Shown here piece after piece: positions 13,401 to 32,283 of a DNA stretch of 64,000 nucleotides. Position 1 is the first letter of the stretch. Every line of letters begins with the position of its first letter. Source of the stretch: Balanoglossus misakiensis (taxonomy: Eukaryota; Animalia; Hemichordata); contig CM082589.2 of the NCBI GenBank assembly GCA_040954595.2, forward strand, positions 3,734,213 through 3,798,212, given 5' to 3'. A model generated the notes under the pieces. That model did not search any database and was not told the origin of the DNA. It saw nothing but the letters and a program-made list of their open reading frames with translations. The translations under genes and the position numbers were made by a program.

Positions 13401-13559
13401 CTGGATGCCACATTGAGCCCAATGCTCCCCGGGGTCAGGGATATCAATACCTTCTTTTTGACACACACCCCTGGAGTCTATCACAGGCACAGCCCTAGAC
13501 ACTCGCAAGCAAGGAACACCAATGCTGAGATACCGTTAACAAGTGTGGGCACCAGTTAG
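7408..13559 (+). CDS. DUF389 (MJ1221/TIGR00341-like) multi-pass membrane protein, ~12 exons
   Basis: Spliced exons give TFDYVLLIILAS-IIAAIGLSENSSVILVASMLISPLM-GPILAGTFG and IALPSGAAVAISVLGGNIGSLVGVAISASLLPPAVNAG, the hallmark DUF389 motifs. GT-AG junctions. Confidence 0.88.
7668..7725. repeat. (GTCA)/(ATCA)/(ACCA) microsatellite
   Basis: Tetranucleotide arrays in DUF389 intron 1. Confidence 0.8.
8624..11113 (+). mobile_element. Non-autonomous Helentron/HINE (DINE-1-like) element A in a DUF389-gene intron
   Basis: 5' AGCTGCAAGCAGC then subterminal GGGGCACAAGC (8645-8655). Internal tandem subrepeats and a GAA/TAA microsatellite. 3' 14-bp-stem hairpin TAGGGGCACAAGCC-cgata-GGCTTGTGCCCCTA (11078-11110). 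Confidence 0.7.
9838..11050 (+). mobile_element. Related Helentron/HINE element B nested inside element A
   Basis: 5' AGCTGCAAGCAGC plus GGGCCCAAGCC (9860-9870). 3' hairpin TAGGGCCCAAGCC-tgctg-GGCTTGGGCCCTA (11018-11048). Body is homologous to element A. Confidence 0.7.
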
Positions 13560-14334
13560 GCAGTGTACATGTTACCATGTCTGGAGGGGCATACTCGTGT
13601 CACCACCTACTAATAGTAGGAGTGGTGGCTGTGAGCAATCACTTGCAGGGATTTTGACAACTTTTTAACCTAGCAGAATGTAAGCGACGACAGGTGGAAA
13701 CTGATCGACTGACTACGAAGTTGGTGAGACTTTTGAATGTAACATGGACATTAGACATATGAGAGCTGAATTAATGGTTGCAAGGCATCTTCACCCTTGC
13801 TACAGCAAGTGGCATTTTTTTATATTCTTTGGATTTTTCAACACATTTCATAGTCGTCTTTGTAGATATATATATATATACAGATAATTTTATCCTGTCA
13901 ATGCCTGAAAATTTTGATTTTATAACCATTTATTTTTTCTGACTACATTGTAACTGTTTTCTACACACCTGTAATATAATAATATAATGTAATGTAATCT
14001 AATATGTGTTTGCTTGAGTTTTCAACCCAAAAGAAATAAAGTGCCAATATTTACTGTATTAAACCCAAAACATTGTGGACAGTCAATTAATAAAGATATG
14101 AAAGTCTGTAACAAACTACAAAGCGTCCATTCAGATGAGATTTTCTGCCTTGCAAGGAAGTCAAATCACATTGAATATGCAAGCACCAAACGTGTCCTAA
14201 AAAATCACTTACTGATCAAAACCAAAACATCGATCTTGTTTACTTTTGTGAATTATAAAACTGACACTACTTAACAAAATGGACACTATTTATGTTTAAA
14301 GTTTCAGTTCTAGTCTCTTGAACAGTAAAATTGA

Positions 14335-16431
<2,097 letters not shown>

Positions 16432-18338
16432 GGCGACTGCTTGATGAAGAAGGCTCGCAAAACTTCACAATTTGCTACTTTCGTTGGCGATGATGTTGCT
16501 GTCAGTGAAAATTTCCTTAGGCAATGACAGGAAACCGATATTTCTTACATGGAGGTCGCCATGTTTTTTTGTCGCGCCCTCAACGTTTGGACTGTTATAG
16601 TGCGCAGAGGCGCACGCGCACGACAATTTACGTTCAGAAACCACAGCACTTGTGATTGGTCAATTTATACGCTCTGCACTCTTGGAACAGAACTTTTTCT
16701 TTATTTCATCATTTTAGATACATGTCAATCAAGAAAATGCACCTCAACTAAATACATCAGTTGTCGTTACCACGTGGCGTATAAATGTCCAACTGTAGTG
16801 AAACATACCAGCAATGTATAGTGCTTTAAAATGAAGTTGAAATAATAAATTTTATTACTGTCTGCGATTGAGATTGCATTAAGAACGGATACCAAAAAGT
16901 GTGGAAGTCTTACATTGCCGGGTGTCATTTTTCCGTACAGCACTTTACATTATTTTCCTGGTTACAAATGTCAAAAAAACTTTAAATTCAGGAAGAAAGA
17001 GTAGACGTCTAGAGTTGTATGTAAATTACCAGTGGTATGTCCACAGGAGTAGTCTATAAACTTCATTTGTTTTTGAAGAATTATTGCTATCTATGTTATG
17101 GAATGTACAAAATATATACCACATTGTTTAATTACAAAAAAATCATCAAAAATACAAAAAGGTCCTCTACCTCAATCAATGGCTGATATCTGAAAGACTA
17201 AATCATTTGGATTTGTAATCATTGAACACATCTGTAAACTGCAATACAACTTGAAATCTTATAAAGAGGATAAGGCAAGAGGAGAAGGACTTGGTAGTGG
17301 GAAGAGCTACCTAATACAGTAGCTGTAATGATCTGTTATATTTTGTTAAAAGCATGATACCACTAAATGACTAAATTATATTTCAATACAAAATTCAAAC
17401 GAAATTGCCCTAATGATACAATCACTATAAAACTATCCTATCTACCATATTGCCAAAGTTAACTTTACTTCATAAAAGAAATGAAGTTTTATTTTCTATT
17501 ACAAAACAAACAAACCAAGTTAGTGTTACATCCAAAAGGATTGATGATATACTGAAATTACATGCCGCAGGAGACATAGTGCTTGTCTTCTGCAGTGTAC
17601 TTCAATGGACACAAACATCTTCCCCTCTCCTTTTCCCAGTTTAACCTTTGAATTTCGAAAAAAATGTAATTGGCATTTCAAAAATTCAAAGAGTGGTCCA
17701 GCAGAAGCAGTTCAATTTCCTGTGCATCCACACTCTTTGTGAAGAAAAACATTTTTTTGTATTTACAAGTTTTTGTACTTATTGAAAGATGCAGACTCTG
17801 AAAAACCCACTACTTGATCTGATTTGAAAAAATATTGATAAATCTCAAACAAACCGTAATTGTTTTCATCATAAGATTTTTTACACATGGTTCCGCAAAA
17901 TACATTCTCCAATGTTCTCCTTCCTTTGTCGTACCTCCAAGACATGGAGGTGCAATGTAATCATAAGTACAAAAGGTCTAGAGCTTCAGTTAGGCTATGC
18001 CTGCATAGCTGTAGAAAATCTGATTGAACTGTCCCATTTCATCCTCGTTACAACTGGTTTGAACCATTTTAAACTGGATCAGCCACATGCTTGAACTTGT
18101 AACCGGGTACACAGGTCAGCAAACTAATTCATACCAGTCTAGTCCAATCAAAACTGGTATATCAGGTGATTTCATTGTCATGTTACATAGTTCCTAATGA
18201 TTGCTCGCTTGCAAGACCTTAATAAAGGTGTCTTGTTTATACTTTGAAGCCAAAAATATCTTTCAGGTGAATAAAGCTGCGGTAAAACTAAGCATTACTA
18301 AATGTGCAGATGGAAAAAAAACCAAAGCATTCATGGTA

Positions 18339-18517
18339 CAGTCAAACCTGTCTATAGTGACCAGTCAAGGGACTTTACCAAACTGGCCTTTATAGACAGG
18401 TGGTCTTTATAGACAGGTTAATTTATACACATGTAAATTGTACAGGGACTGTAACTAAGTGGCCACTATATAGAGGTGGTCACTATATAGAGGTGGTCAC
18501 TAACACAGGTTTGACTG
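18339..18517. mobile_element. Tc1/mariner(pogo)-type MITE downstream of the kinase stop (likely in its 3'UTR)
   Basis: TA|CAGTCAAACCTGT ... ACAGGTTTGACTG|TA inverted termini with TA duplication; internal repeats TATAGA(C)AGGTGGTC. Confidence 0.85.
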
Positions 18518-18788
18518 TAATTTATGTTTTCACCTGCTACCACCAAGTATACCAAAATTCACCCATTCTTAAATGTTACTAGGTTACCATGGCAACCAAC
18601 GTTAACTTCTTCACCTTATTAGAGGATAGTTGCTCAGTATCCATGACTATAATATAGTATTTTCTGATTATCACTGCAAAAAAAGTCCAGCGCAGATTAT
18701 CAAAACTTAATTTTCACCGGTCAGGGATGCTGTTGCTGATGTGGCATGGTTGCTTGGCAACAATGGCGAAGCGACGACAGAGCTCTCG

Positions 18789-22373
<3,585 letters not shown>

Positions 22374-22559
22374 GTCAGTGGGTCTAAGAGGTGTAAATAT
22401 TCTCAGCTAAGTTGTCTTCTTACCATTCTGTCAGAAATATAAAAATATAGGAAGGGAATAATGAGTATTGGTTGGTATTATGAATATACAATGTACATCA
22501 AATCTGACAAGAAATGGAGTTGTAAGTTGTTATAGCTAATTCACAATTGAAAAAATATT

Positions 22560-22560
<1 letters not shown>

Positions 22561-22590
<30 letters not shown>

Positions 22591-22620
22591 CATCAATCAA
22601 TCAATCAATCAATCAATCAA
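22561..22620. repeat. (TCAA)n microsatellite
   Basis: Near-perfect TCAA tandem array. Confidence 0.9.
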
Positions 22621-25600
22621 ATTTTCACAACCAGCTTGTTTGTCATAAAAAAATACCCAGGCAGACCCACATCATGGACAGTCAGGGTGAATAGGTTAAT
22701 ACTATAACACGAAAACTCCAATGTACAGTACATGTACCAGTACTTGTACTGGTGATAAACCAGAAATGTGTCTTCACATGATTTGCAGGTCACCGGCCTT
22801 TGTCGAAGTTTTGGCATTTTTGACGGTCTATACCCCAAATGGAAATTTGATATTATGATGTAAAGCACAAACATTAAATATTACTGCTAAAATATTTATC
22901 TTTCTGGTATGTATGTTGATATTGAAAAATAAACACAAAATGTTTAATCGGAGAGACAACAGTAAAGTTTTCATACAATACAGCCGCTTGGGAGCTGTCA
23001 CCTTGAATCTAGACACTTCAATGCACAATTCTGACTCATACTCACTCAGTGCAGTGCACTGCACATGTAAAGTATGTAGGGGCAGAGTTCGTTATTTCCA
23101 TTAGTCATTTCAAAGATGTTGAAGAATGATGGCCAAGTGACCCATTATGAAAAAATAATCATATACACACACTGATACAGTGCTAGAAATGCTTCCAGCA
23201 TGACCTGTCCACACATGCAGTGCTTCAAGCTGCGACGGAGTTCACTGAATGCCATGATGTACTGAAGAAAAATGCATGGACTTTTAGACTAAACACTGTT
23301 ATCTTTTGACTAAGCACATCACTGCCATGCTGCTGGGCATCACTACAAACCTACAACCTTGATGAACGTCGCAGGAAGTAGGAGAGAAGAAAAAGGGGCA
23401 ACAACTACACGATACATAGAATTTTTGTCATTGGACTTTGTTCCTCCGCACAACAGTGAACCAGGATGTTCACGTGTACATGTCAGGAAGTTTGATTCTG
23501 CTAAAAAGCAGCTCGTTTAATCTTATAAGGCAAAGAGAGAAAGGGGTCAACATCCTTGAACAAAGGGGTCGAAGGTCACCAACAGGAGGGGAGCTCGTTT
23601 TCATCACAAAAGCTGATTTGTTTTCAATCACCTACAACATAAGTCACTGCAAGGAGCCAAGTTTAGCTTTATCCTCAAGCTGCCCATTACTGTGAGCGTG
23701 GTCAATAAACATGTTGGATGAAGCATGAAATTTGAGCATCACAGTTTTATCAATCCAGCTTCCTTGTTTACGACTTACTGGAACCTGCATATATCAACAC
23801 TGGTGGCCACATCTCATATGGCACAACTTTTTCTGCACGATAATCAGAACCCTTATATCTCTGCAGCAAGGGGCGAACCATCATTTCATGTTACATAAGA
23901 TGCATTATAGACTTGTTTTGCCAATCCAAATTGATTAGCACAACCAGACAGAGGAATTACGTGTGTCCAACATACCATCATGCAGGTGCCAGGTTGCAGG
24001 CAACTCATTCATAATGACTGTCTCTGCATATATTATACAAGGAGTTCAGCATCAAGCATTGTTAGTATTCAAAATCATTGGTTCTGAACTTTGAACCCCA
24101 ATATAATGTTTCACTTTACGGAAGTGCTCTTGGTATCAGCAAAATGCAGTCAGATATAATATCAATACAATAGCAGTATGACAATCGGATTTATTAACCC
24201 AATTAATTAATGAATTAATGGTCACGTATGTAAATTTACTCACAGTGATCATCGAAAGTGGAAATTTAACCAATCACAGATTTTCACTTGGGTGGCCATG
24301 CAAAAAGTCCACCGCCACATAATCATGGTGATTAACACATCTATACATACCCATTTCATTAACCATTTATGGATATATGTGTAAACCAGATTACATCCCT
24401 ATCATAGAGGGGCAGTGTGTTTTATATAGTTGTCAGCTGTAGTATGTAAATACATACCATTGTTCATTACATGATTTAGTTCTGAGGTCAGTGTTAACCT
24501 GAATAATTTGAACATTTGTTTAATTGGTAATTAACATGTTGATTTTATAGCCTTCAAAAAGTTTCATTGCAAAATAAGAATATTAACAACAACAACAACA
24601 ACAACAAATATGTAAATTTCTCGTATTGTTTGTTTCTCTTTTTTTTAATAACTTTGCACAGATTACAACTGTTTGCAACTTCCCCTTCCAGTAACTGTGT
24701 GCTACACTCTGATACGGAAACGACAAAAGGACGAAGTTTACAATCGAAACTATATGAAGGCTGTCAACCGGGCTGCTGATAACTGCATTTGTCATGTCAT
24801 ATTTCATGATTCACAATTCAAGTTGTCAGCAGTTAAAAGTTTGGTAAATACTTGCGGGCCATTAAAACGAACGATCGCACCAACGATCATGTAAATATAC
24901 CCTGTCTGTGACTGATCCAGATGTATAAACTGATAGAAACTGATGTATGAAGAAATAAACCAGCTGCAGTGCACTTTGTCGTACGACAGCGGGCGCAAAC
25001 GCCCATTTCCACAGACCTGGGTCTGGGAATTGGAAGTGCATGTACTTTTCTCTTCGTTACAATCAACACTAATTTCAACATTCTGTGTGTTGAGTTGGAA
25101 GGAATTTGGGTGAAACTCACCAAAACATTGACTTGTCATATCGGAAATCCAGCATCTGTCATGTCTGGTCACATACAAACAACTTTTTCGTTCAAAGTTT
25201 GTTAAAGGAACCGCAGATCGTACATCCTCAACATGAACAAGGAAGTAAAGCGCCAGCGTCAATTAGCCTCTCAGTTTACCGCAAATTCTTAAGGTGGCGG
25301 ATATTATATTTATCTTAAGAAATCGAAGATGATTACATCAAATACACGAGATATTGTCAAAACCAGTCATATTATGTTATTTACCATACAAATTTCAAAC
25401 TGCGGTCTTTATTTTACATATCAGTCGATCAAATAACATGACCAATAATTTGAGTATCCTTATCTCTTGTGATTTTGTATATTGAAGTTTGTATTGCATT
25501 CTGGGTAAAATAATGTGATATTTGTAGATGTACTTTTTCAGTAATAATTCAACATAATGTAGTTCTCATGTCGTCTTCAACAGCCTTTTCTAAAAATATA

Positions 25601-25950
25601 AGTATCTCATGACAAATAACGAGTCTCGTTGATTTATGTCTGTTCTTAGCGTGTGCGTAGTTGTTGGGCGAATATTTCCGATGATAGCCGAAATAACACC
25701 TATGATATTAACTTGATGTAAATATTCGCAAAAGAAGGCCTCGGTTGAAGAAACCCAACCTGTTACGGACACCTGCCAACGTCTGTCGGTCTTTTTCACC
25801 AGATTCTCAGTGAAAATACACAACAAAGACACGATGTGCACCTGTGGCTTTTTCTCTTGAAGGGTCACTCGGGTTGGGTTCGGCTTTTCAGTGGGTCATC
25901 ATCATTAGCATAACATTTGCATGATCGGCGTACGGAGTCGAACGGCAAGC

Positions 25951-28900
25951 ATGGCGTTCAATAATCAATCGGCGTCGAAGAAGAAAGTTTGCTACTATTA
26001 CGATGGTAAGTTGGTACTTTTTCACATGCACGAACTAAATCGATATGTCAGTTTGTCTTGTGCGTATTGTAAGCCCTTTTAGTTACCTGTTTTGCAGCTT
26101 TGAGTCGCCGATGCTACCGGTGCAGTTAGCCGGTGAACTGCTTGATTACTCTCGCTCCGTGGGCTATTCCATTTGAACACAAAGACTGCTCCCATCCGCA
26201 AAAACGATAGGGCGTTCAAATAAAGCAAAAAAGTATAACCGAGTAGGTTATACGGTAGCTTAAACAGCTATTGAGAATCGATCGAGTCAATGGTTAACAT
26301 ATTTTCGAGTTCATTTGCCTGGAAACCGGACTGTTTTCCGACGAAAATCAAGTGTATTTTGGTTGATGTGAAATGTACAGCGCCCGCTTGTGTATATTGT
26401 GGCGGCGCGATGAGACGCGTGAATTTGACAGCTAAGTTTGTGTACGTTTCTTCTAGTTTTCAATTGTTAATTGCTGCTGAAAGGCTTTATAATGTGTTGA
26501 AAACTATTTTGGTATGTAACTGGTTTCTTCCGATTTCGGTTAATGTTTACTCCAAGAACCATAACAGTCTTCGCGCGAGGTACGGGTCTGGGACAGTGTA
26601 CTATGGGGAAGCCATCAGGTACGGTTGCCCCAAAGTGCAACAAGATGGTGGCCCAAGGTTACCGTGTACGACAGCGCACAGGCGAATGCAAATTGCATTT
26701 TTACGTCGTCTCCCTATAACACCCACTGATTTAATGCGCAATATATGTCCAGAAAATCTAAATTAAAAATGGCATCTTTTTTATGTTTCAGGTGATGTTG
26801 GAAACTATTATTATGGACAGGGGCATCCAATGAAACCACACCGTATACGGATGACACATAATTTATTGCTCAACTATGGATTGTACAGAAAAATGGAAAT
26901 ATATGTAAGTGGGATGAATACGTTTGTATGCATCTATAGTTTTAAGTGATGTCAAGTTTACACATGTGTTAACCATATTACGGCATATGTAAATTAGACG
27001 TCACGTGATCATATTCCTTAAATTTAATATTGATGTAAATTGATACCTGACAGAGACCACACAAGGCTACACAGGAAGAAATGACCAAGTACCACAGTGA
27101 TGATTACATCAAATTTCTACGGAGCATCAGGCCAGATAATATGTCAGAATATACCAAACAGATGCAGAGGTGTAAGTACAATTTTTAACAATTATTTGCG
27201 GAGCAGATCAAAAATCTTTGTGGGGAGTGCTGGTACATGTATGTACGTCCAGATCAACACTTAAGCTATTAATTAACACAGATATCACTGACTTGTTATT
27301 TCCATTTCGATTTCAGTCAATGTAGGTGAAGATTGTCCGGTATTTGACGGTTTGTACGAATTCTGTCAGCTGTCAACTGGCGGCTCTGTAGCTGGGGCTG
27401 TCAAACTGAATAAACAACAAGCAGACATCGCCGTCAACTGGTCTGGGGGACTGCATCACGCCAAGAAATCAGAAGCATCAGGGTTCTGTTATGTCAATGA
27501 CATTGTACTTGCAATACTTGAACTTTTGAGGTTAGTGCTTATCTATTATGAATATTGTATGCATGGTTTTGGCTGTATCTGATCACCCCGCAGTCTCATG
27601 CTATAGTCCCTTTTGCTGCACATTGTTGTCTCAAATTTGAAAAACTGAAATATGAAAATACAAATTGTTTTGTAGGTATCACCAGAGGGTGTTGTATATT
27701 GATATTGATATTCACCATGGTGACGGTGTAGAAGAAGCATTTTATACAACAGACAGAGTTATGACAGTATCATTTCACAAATATGGAGAATACTTTCCCG
27801 GAACAGGAGACCTAAGGGTAAGCATTGGTTTGAGATCATTTCTTTGTAACTTGAATTCAACTGAATATAAGAACAGGATTTTTGTCATTCAATATTAATG
27901 CTTGCAGTACAATTTTAAAAGGAATGATAACGAAGTTTAATTTTTTTTTTCAGGATATTGGAGCTGGCAAAGGAAAATACTATGCTGTCAACTTTCCATT
28001 GAGGGATGGTATAGATGATGAATCATATGAACAGATTTTTGAACCAGTAAGTAAAGTTTGGGAGAGGAGAGGAGAGGGGTGATATTTACATTTCCAAGTA
28101 GAAAGGTTATATACTCAAGTACAGAATTATGGTGTACCTAACAGAAGTGGGTCTTGCAGCATGAGTCTCGACCAATCACCATCTCACTCAATCCGTTGTT
28201 ATTTTCACAGATTATAGCCAAAGTGATGGAGATTTATCAACCCAGCGCTGTGGTCCTACAGTGTGGTGCGGATTCCCTCTCAGGCGATAGACTTGGCTGT
28301 TTTAACCTTACACTCAGAGGTGAGTCTACAGACATCCAGTTTAGTGCTTTCGTGGGAAGTTTCATGAATATGCTTCTTTTGGAGCAGCGTCGTCATGGTA
28401 AAAGATGTGACATTAAAAATGATTCAGGAAAAGTGTGAACATATTCAATTTTGTCTTTGTTGTAGGTCATGCAAAGTGTGTTGACTTTGTGAAGAAATTT
28501 AACCTGCCGCTACTGATATTAGGAGGTGGTGGCTACACCATCAGGAATGTAGCACGGTGCTGGACATACGAAACGGCCGTCGCTTTAGGGGTTGATGTAG
28601 CTAATGGTAGGTGGAGAATTTTCATCAAATTTTACACAACATTGGTTTTTGATATTTTCAAGTATTGATTTTCGGTGTTTGTGTGGTCCAATAAACACTG
28701 ATTTCTTTACAATTTCAAAGGTTACTATAGAAATACAATATTTAATAGATTATAAATAGCACATGTATTTTATTTTCTCTACTAGAACTGCCATACAATG
28801 ACTATTTTGAATATTTTGGACCCGACTTCAAGCTGCATATAAGTCCATCTAACATGGCTAATCAAAATACAACAGAGTACCTGGAAAAAATCAAGTAAGT

Positions 28901-30536
28901 GGGGAAAATGTGTGTGTGTGTGTGTCGGTCTCTCTGTTCGTCTCTGTGTATATCATTCTGTCTCCTCATATTTGAAAACACACACTGTAAGAATCTGTGG
29001 GGATCACCCCCACACCCCCTTTCCTGAATGTTGATGGTACTGTATTTATCATCAAGTTTTATAATTAATACAACCTTCTGTAAATACTTCTGTTCACAGA
29101 ACACGGTTATTTGAGAATCTTCGCATGATTCCCCATGCCCCTGGAGTACAGATGCAGCGTAAGTGACAACATTCATTTTCTACAAGTTATTTTCATCCTT
29201 CACTTTTCTGTTGTTGTGTTTTTTCCAAAGTGTAAACTCTCATTTAAAAGTCTCCTTATTTGAAAGAAATCACAATTTACCATTTTCCCCCTTTACAGCT
29301 ATTCCTGAAGATGTTCTCCCGGCAGACAGCGAAAATGAGGAGGAAGAGGATCATGATAAACGCATATCAAGTAAGTAAAAGATTTCATTTCCTTGAGTTT
29401 TGCCTTATTTTCCCCAATACTGTATAAGGGTGTGTAATCTTCATCATTGACAGCAACTTGCTTACACATGCTTTGTCTCCCACCCACACAGTACGTGCAT
29501 CAGATAAACGCATAGCCTGTGATGAAGAATTCTCGGACAGCGAAGACGAGGCGGACATGCGAGAAGCACGGCGGGATATACGACTTCACGTCCAGAAGCG
29601 TAAACGACCACGGAGTGAAGAAGACCGAGAAGGCAAGGAAAAAGAACCAGGTAAGAGAGACAGGGATAATTATAAGATTCGTGGTAAATAAAATATCTTC
29701 GTTGTAACGGCTGAACTATATTCTGATTATTTTCACATAAAATTATAGTGTCCAGTACATGCAAAACAAATGAATGTCTTGTTTGTTCTGTTTTCCTAAA
29801 AGAACCCGAAATGAAGAGGGAGGCGGAGGAACCCAGCAAAGTAAGAACGGAGGAAATCAAGGACGTCCATCTGCCAACTGAGAAGGGAGATGCTGACAGA
29901 GGGTAGGCTATTTCTGTTGTCATCCAAGGGTGATTCATCCAAAGTCAATCCGTCTTGAAAAGATTCTGCGTTGTCTGTAGTTGGGCACAATCACGTTTGA
30001 ATTCTTCACATTTTTTGAAATAACATCTGGGAAGTTCAAAAATGTTTTAGCCTAATTATGAAGCTGTGGCAGTAATAGCATGCACTTGTTTCTCATCATT
30101 TCAGGAAAGTGCCGGAAAGTGTGGGAGAGAAGACGGAGGCCAAATTGGAACCCATGGAAGTTGCAGAAAAAAGAGATGGTGAGTGAAATCAAAATCTTCT
30201 AAAATTATATCAAGCAGCATGTCCTCTTAGGAGAGGAGGTGTTTTTCATTTCCGATAGCTGTAGATAACAGTTATGCATTAGCTTGTGTAGAGAATTAGA
30301 TAAGCCTGTGAGAAGCAATCTCTGAGCCAGTATTGATTGTGGTATATTTTTTCTCTTTTTTCCCCCTGAAAGATGGTGTGAGTTCAACAACAACAACAAC
30401 AACAGCCGAACCCAAAACAGACTTCAAAGAGACGATTCCTGCCCGCACACAGAGCCCTGCCTTCGTCAGCGAGAAACCCGCAGAAGAAGCACCACCACCT
30501 AAACCACCAGCGACTGAAGAAGCCATGGAACAATAA
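25951..30536 (+). CDS. HDAC1: Class I histone deacetylase, HDAC1/2 (Rpd3) ortholog
   Basis: [112 protein letters not shown]. Catalytic and Zn residues intact; charged C-tail over extra exons. Confidence 0.97.
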
Positions 30537-32283
30537 CGCTGCCACCCCCTCCCTCCCCCCACCTTGTCTCAGTGGTCTGCCCCATTCTTTTGAATATCAT
30601 GGTTACCCCCACGTTGCTGACAGGGGTGGGGGACCAAATGAGGATGGGCAGTTCTAGGCGTTTTTTGTATAGATCTCTGTATTTATGATGTCTGTCTTTC
30701 AGTGCACTCAGTTGCCAAATCTGTAACCACGAGAAATTGATATTGATCCCAAGCTTAGCTTTTGTCTATCCTGAAAAAAAAAATGTTTCTAGACAATCTT
30801 GTAAGTTTCTGTTTTCCTGAATGAACTTTTGTTTTGTCTCTGACATAATAAGTTTGTCCAGAATATCACAGTCATGATTTTTTCAGCCTTGTATAGAAAA
30901 GTTTTTACTTAATTGTTTCCTACAGTTTTCAACATGCATTTTGTTCAATACTGAAGGTTGTCGTGTTTACAGACTGGGTTGAGAAGAAAAGTTGCATTTT
31001 AATAACCCCCACCCCCACCCACCCCTCTCACCCCCCAAAAAGAAAAGAATCTTAGCCGTTAGAAGTTTTTGAGTGCCTGTCCATTTTCTGTGAAAATTTA
31101 ATTATGAACTGAGTTCCTAGGACATTTATCTTGATCCTTATCTTTTGTATCATATCGGGAAAGGAAGACTGTTGCAAGGATGTGCCTTGGAGATGAGTGT
31201 TAGCAACGCATGGAATGTAAAATATGTGGGAAATTGGACTGATTTTAATTTTTTGAAAAAAAACAAACTTAGAGTTGAAGTGACAGTGAAAAATAGCATT
31301 CAGTATGTACGCACACAATACTGGACAGATTCTGTGTTGTTGTAGGGTACAGTGGGGGGAGTTATTTTTGCAGTGGGTCGTGATGGGAGAGCTTGTATGA
31401 GATTTCAGATTAAAGCATACCGAAGCAACTTAAGAAGGGTTATTTTGAGAGGGAAGGATGTTTTGACGAACATTGATGATGCAGCTTGGGTGTATATTTT
31501 CATTGTGCATCCCATATTGGTGACATTTTGTGTAAAAGAGGGTTGGGTGTGGAGTGTACTTTTTTGTTTTTCATTTTTTACACATTTAATCATTTAATGA
31601 CACTTCAGTAAATCAAATAAGTATATTTTGTATTTTCCAACAGTAACACATTTTTCTTCTTTTGAAAAGTCTCACACCTCCAGCAGGGGCACATCCTCCT
31701 ACATGATGATGAGAATTAAAAAAAAAATTGTTTTCTGTATGTAACTAGACTAAGTTTAGGATTTTCAGTCTCTTTTTCACGTAGAAACTCATCAAGATAT
31801 GCCACCTACCACAGAAATGTTCCTGATGTTTCATCATCCAAAATTCCTAATTCTGTCAATGTATTATTGCAATTTATTTGCATGGAACTGGGACAGCAAA
31901 GAAGAGAATAAAAGGAAAATATTTAATCATTTTTATTTTTCTGTAGCATACTTTACTGATTCTTTTTGCATTTGAAGATTAAATATTCTAGTAAGAGATA
32001 TTTAAAAATGGTTGTGTGTCTGTTTTTTTCTGGCTTCTTTAACCACGTACTTGCACTTTCTAGTACATGTACGTGTACATGTACATTTCATGTACCAAGG
32101 GCTTTCCCAATGTATAGCGCCACTGTACGACAGCTTAGGGAGCCTGATTGAGGAATTCCCTTTCCTGTTGCATCATGGGTAAAGTTCGGAAGTGACGGGG
32201 TCAAATCGATGATGTCCACAGTCCCGTCGTGGTGTCGGTAGATATTGAAAGTCTAAACAGATCGTACAGTATAAACACATAAA

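Noticed and set aside
26290-26766. 158-aa ORF in HDAC1 intron 1 (also 24804-25262 and 43063-43392)
   Set aside because: No recognisable motifs or coding-like composition; most likely chance ORFs.
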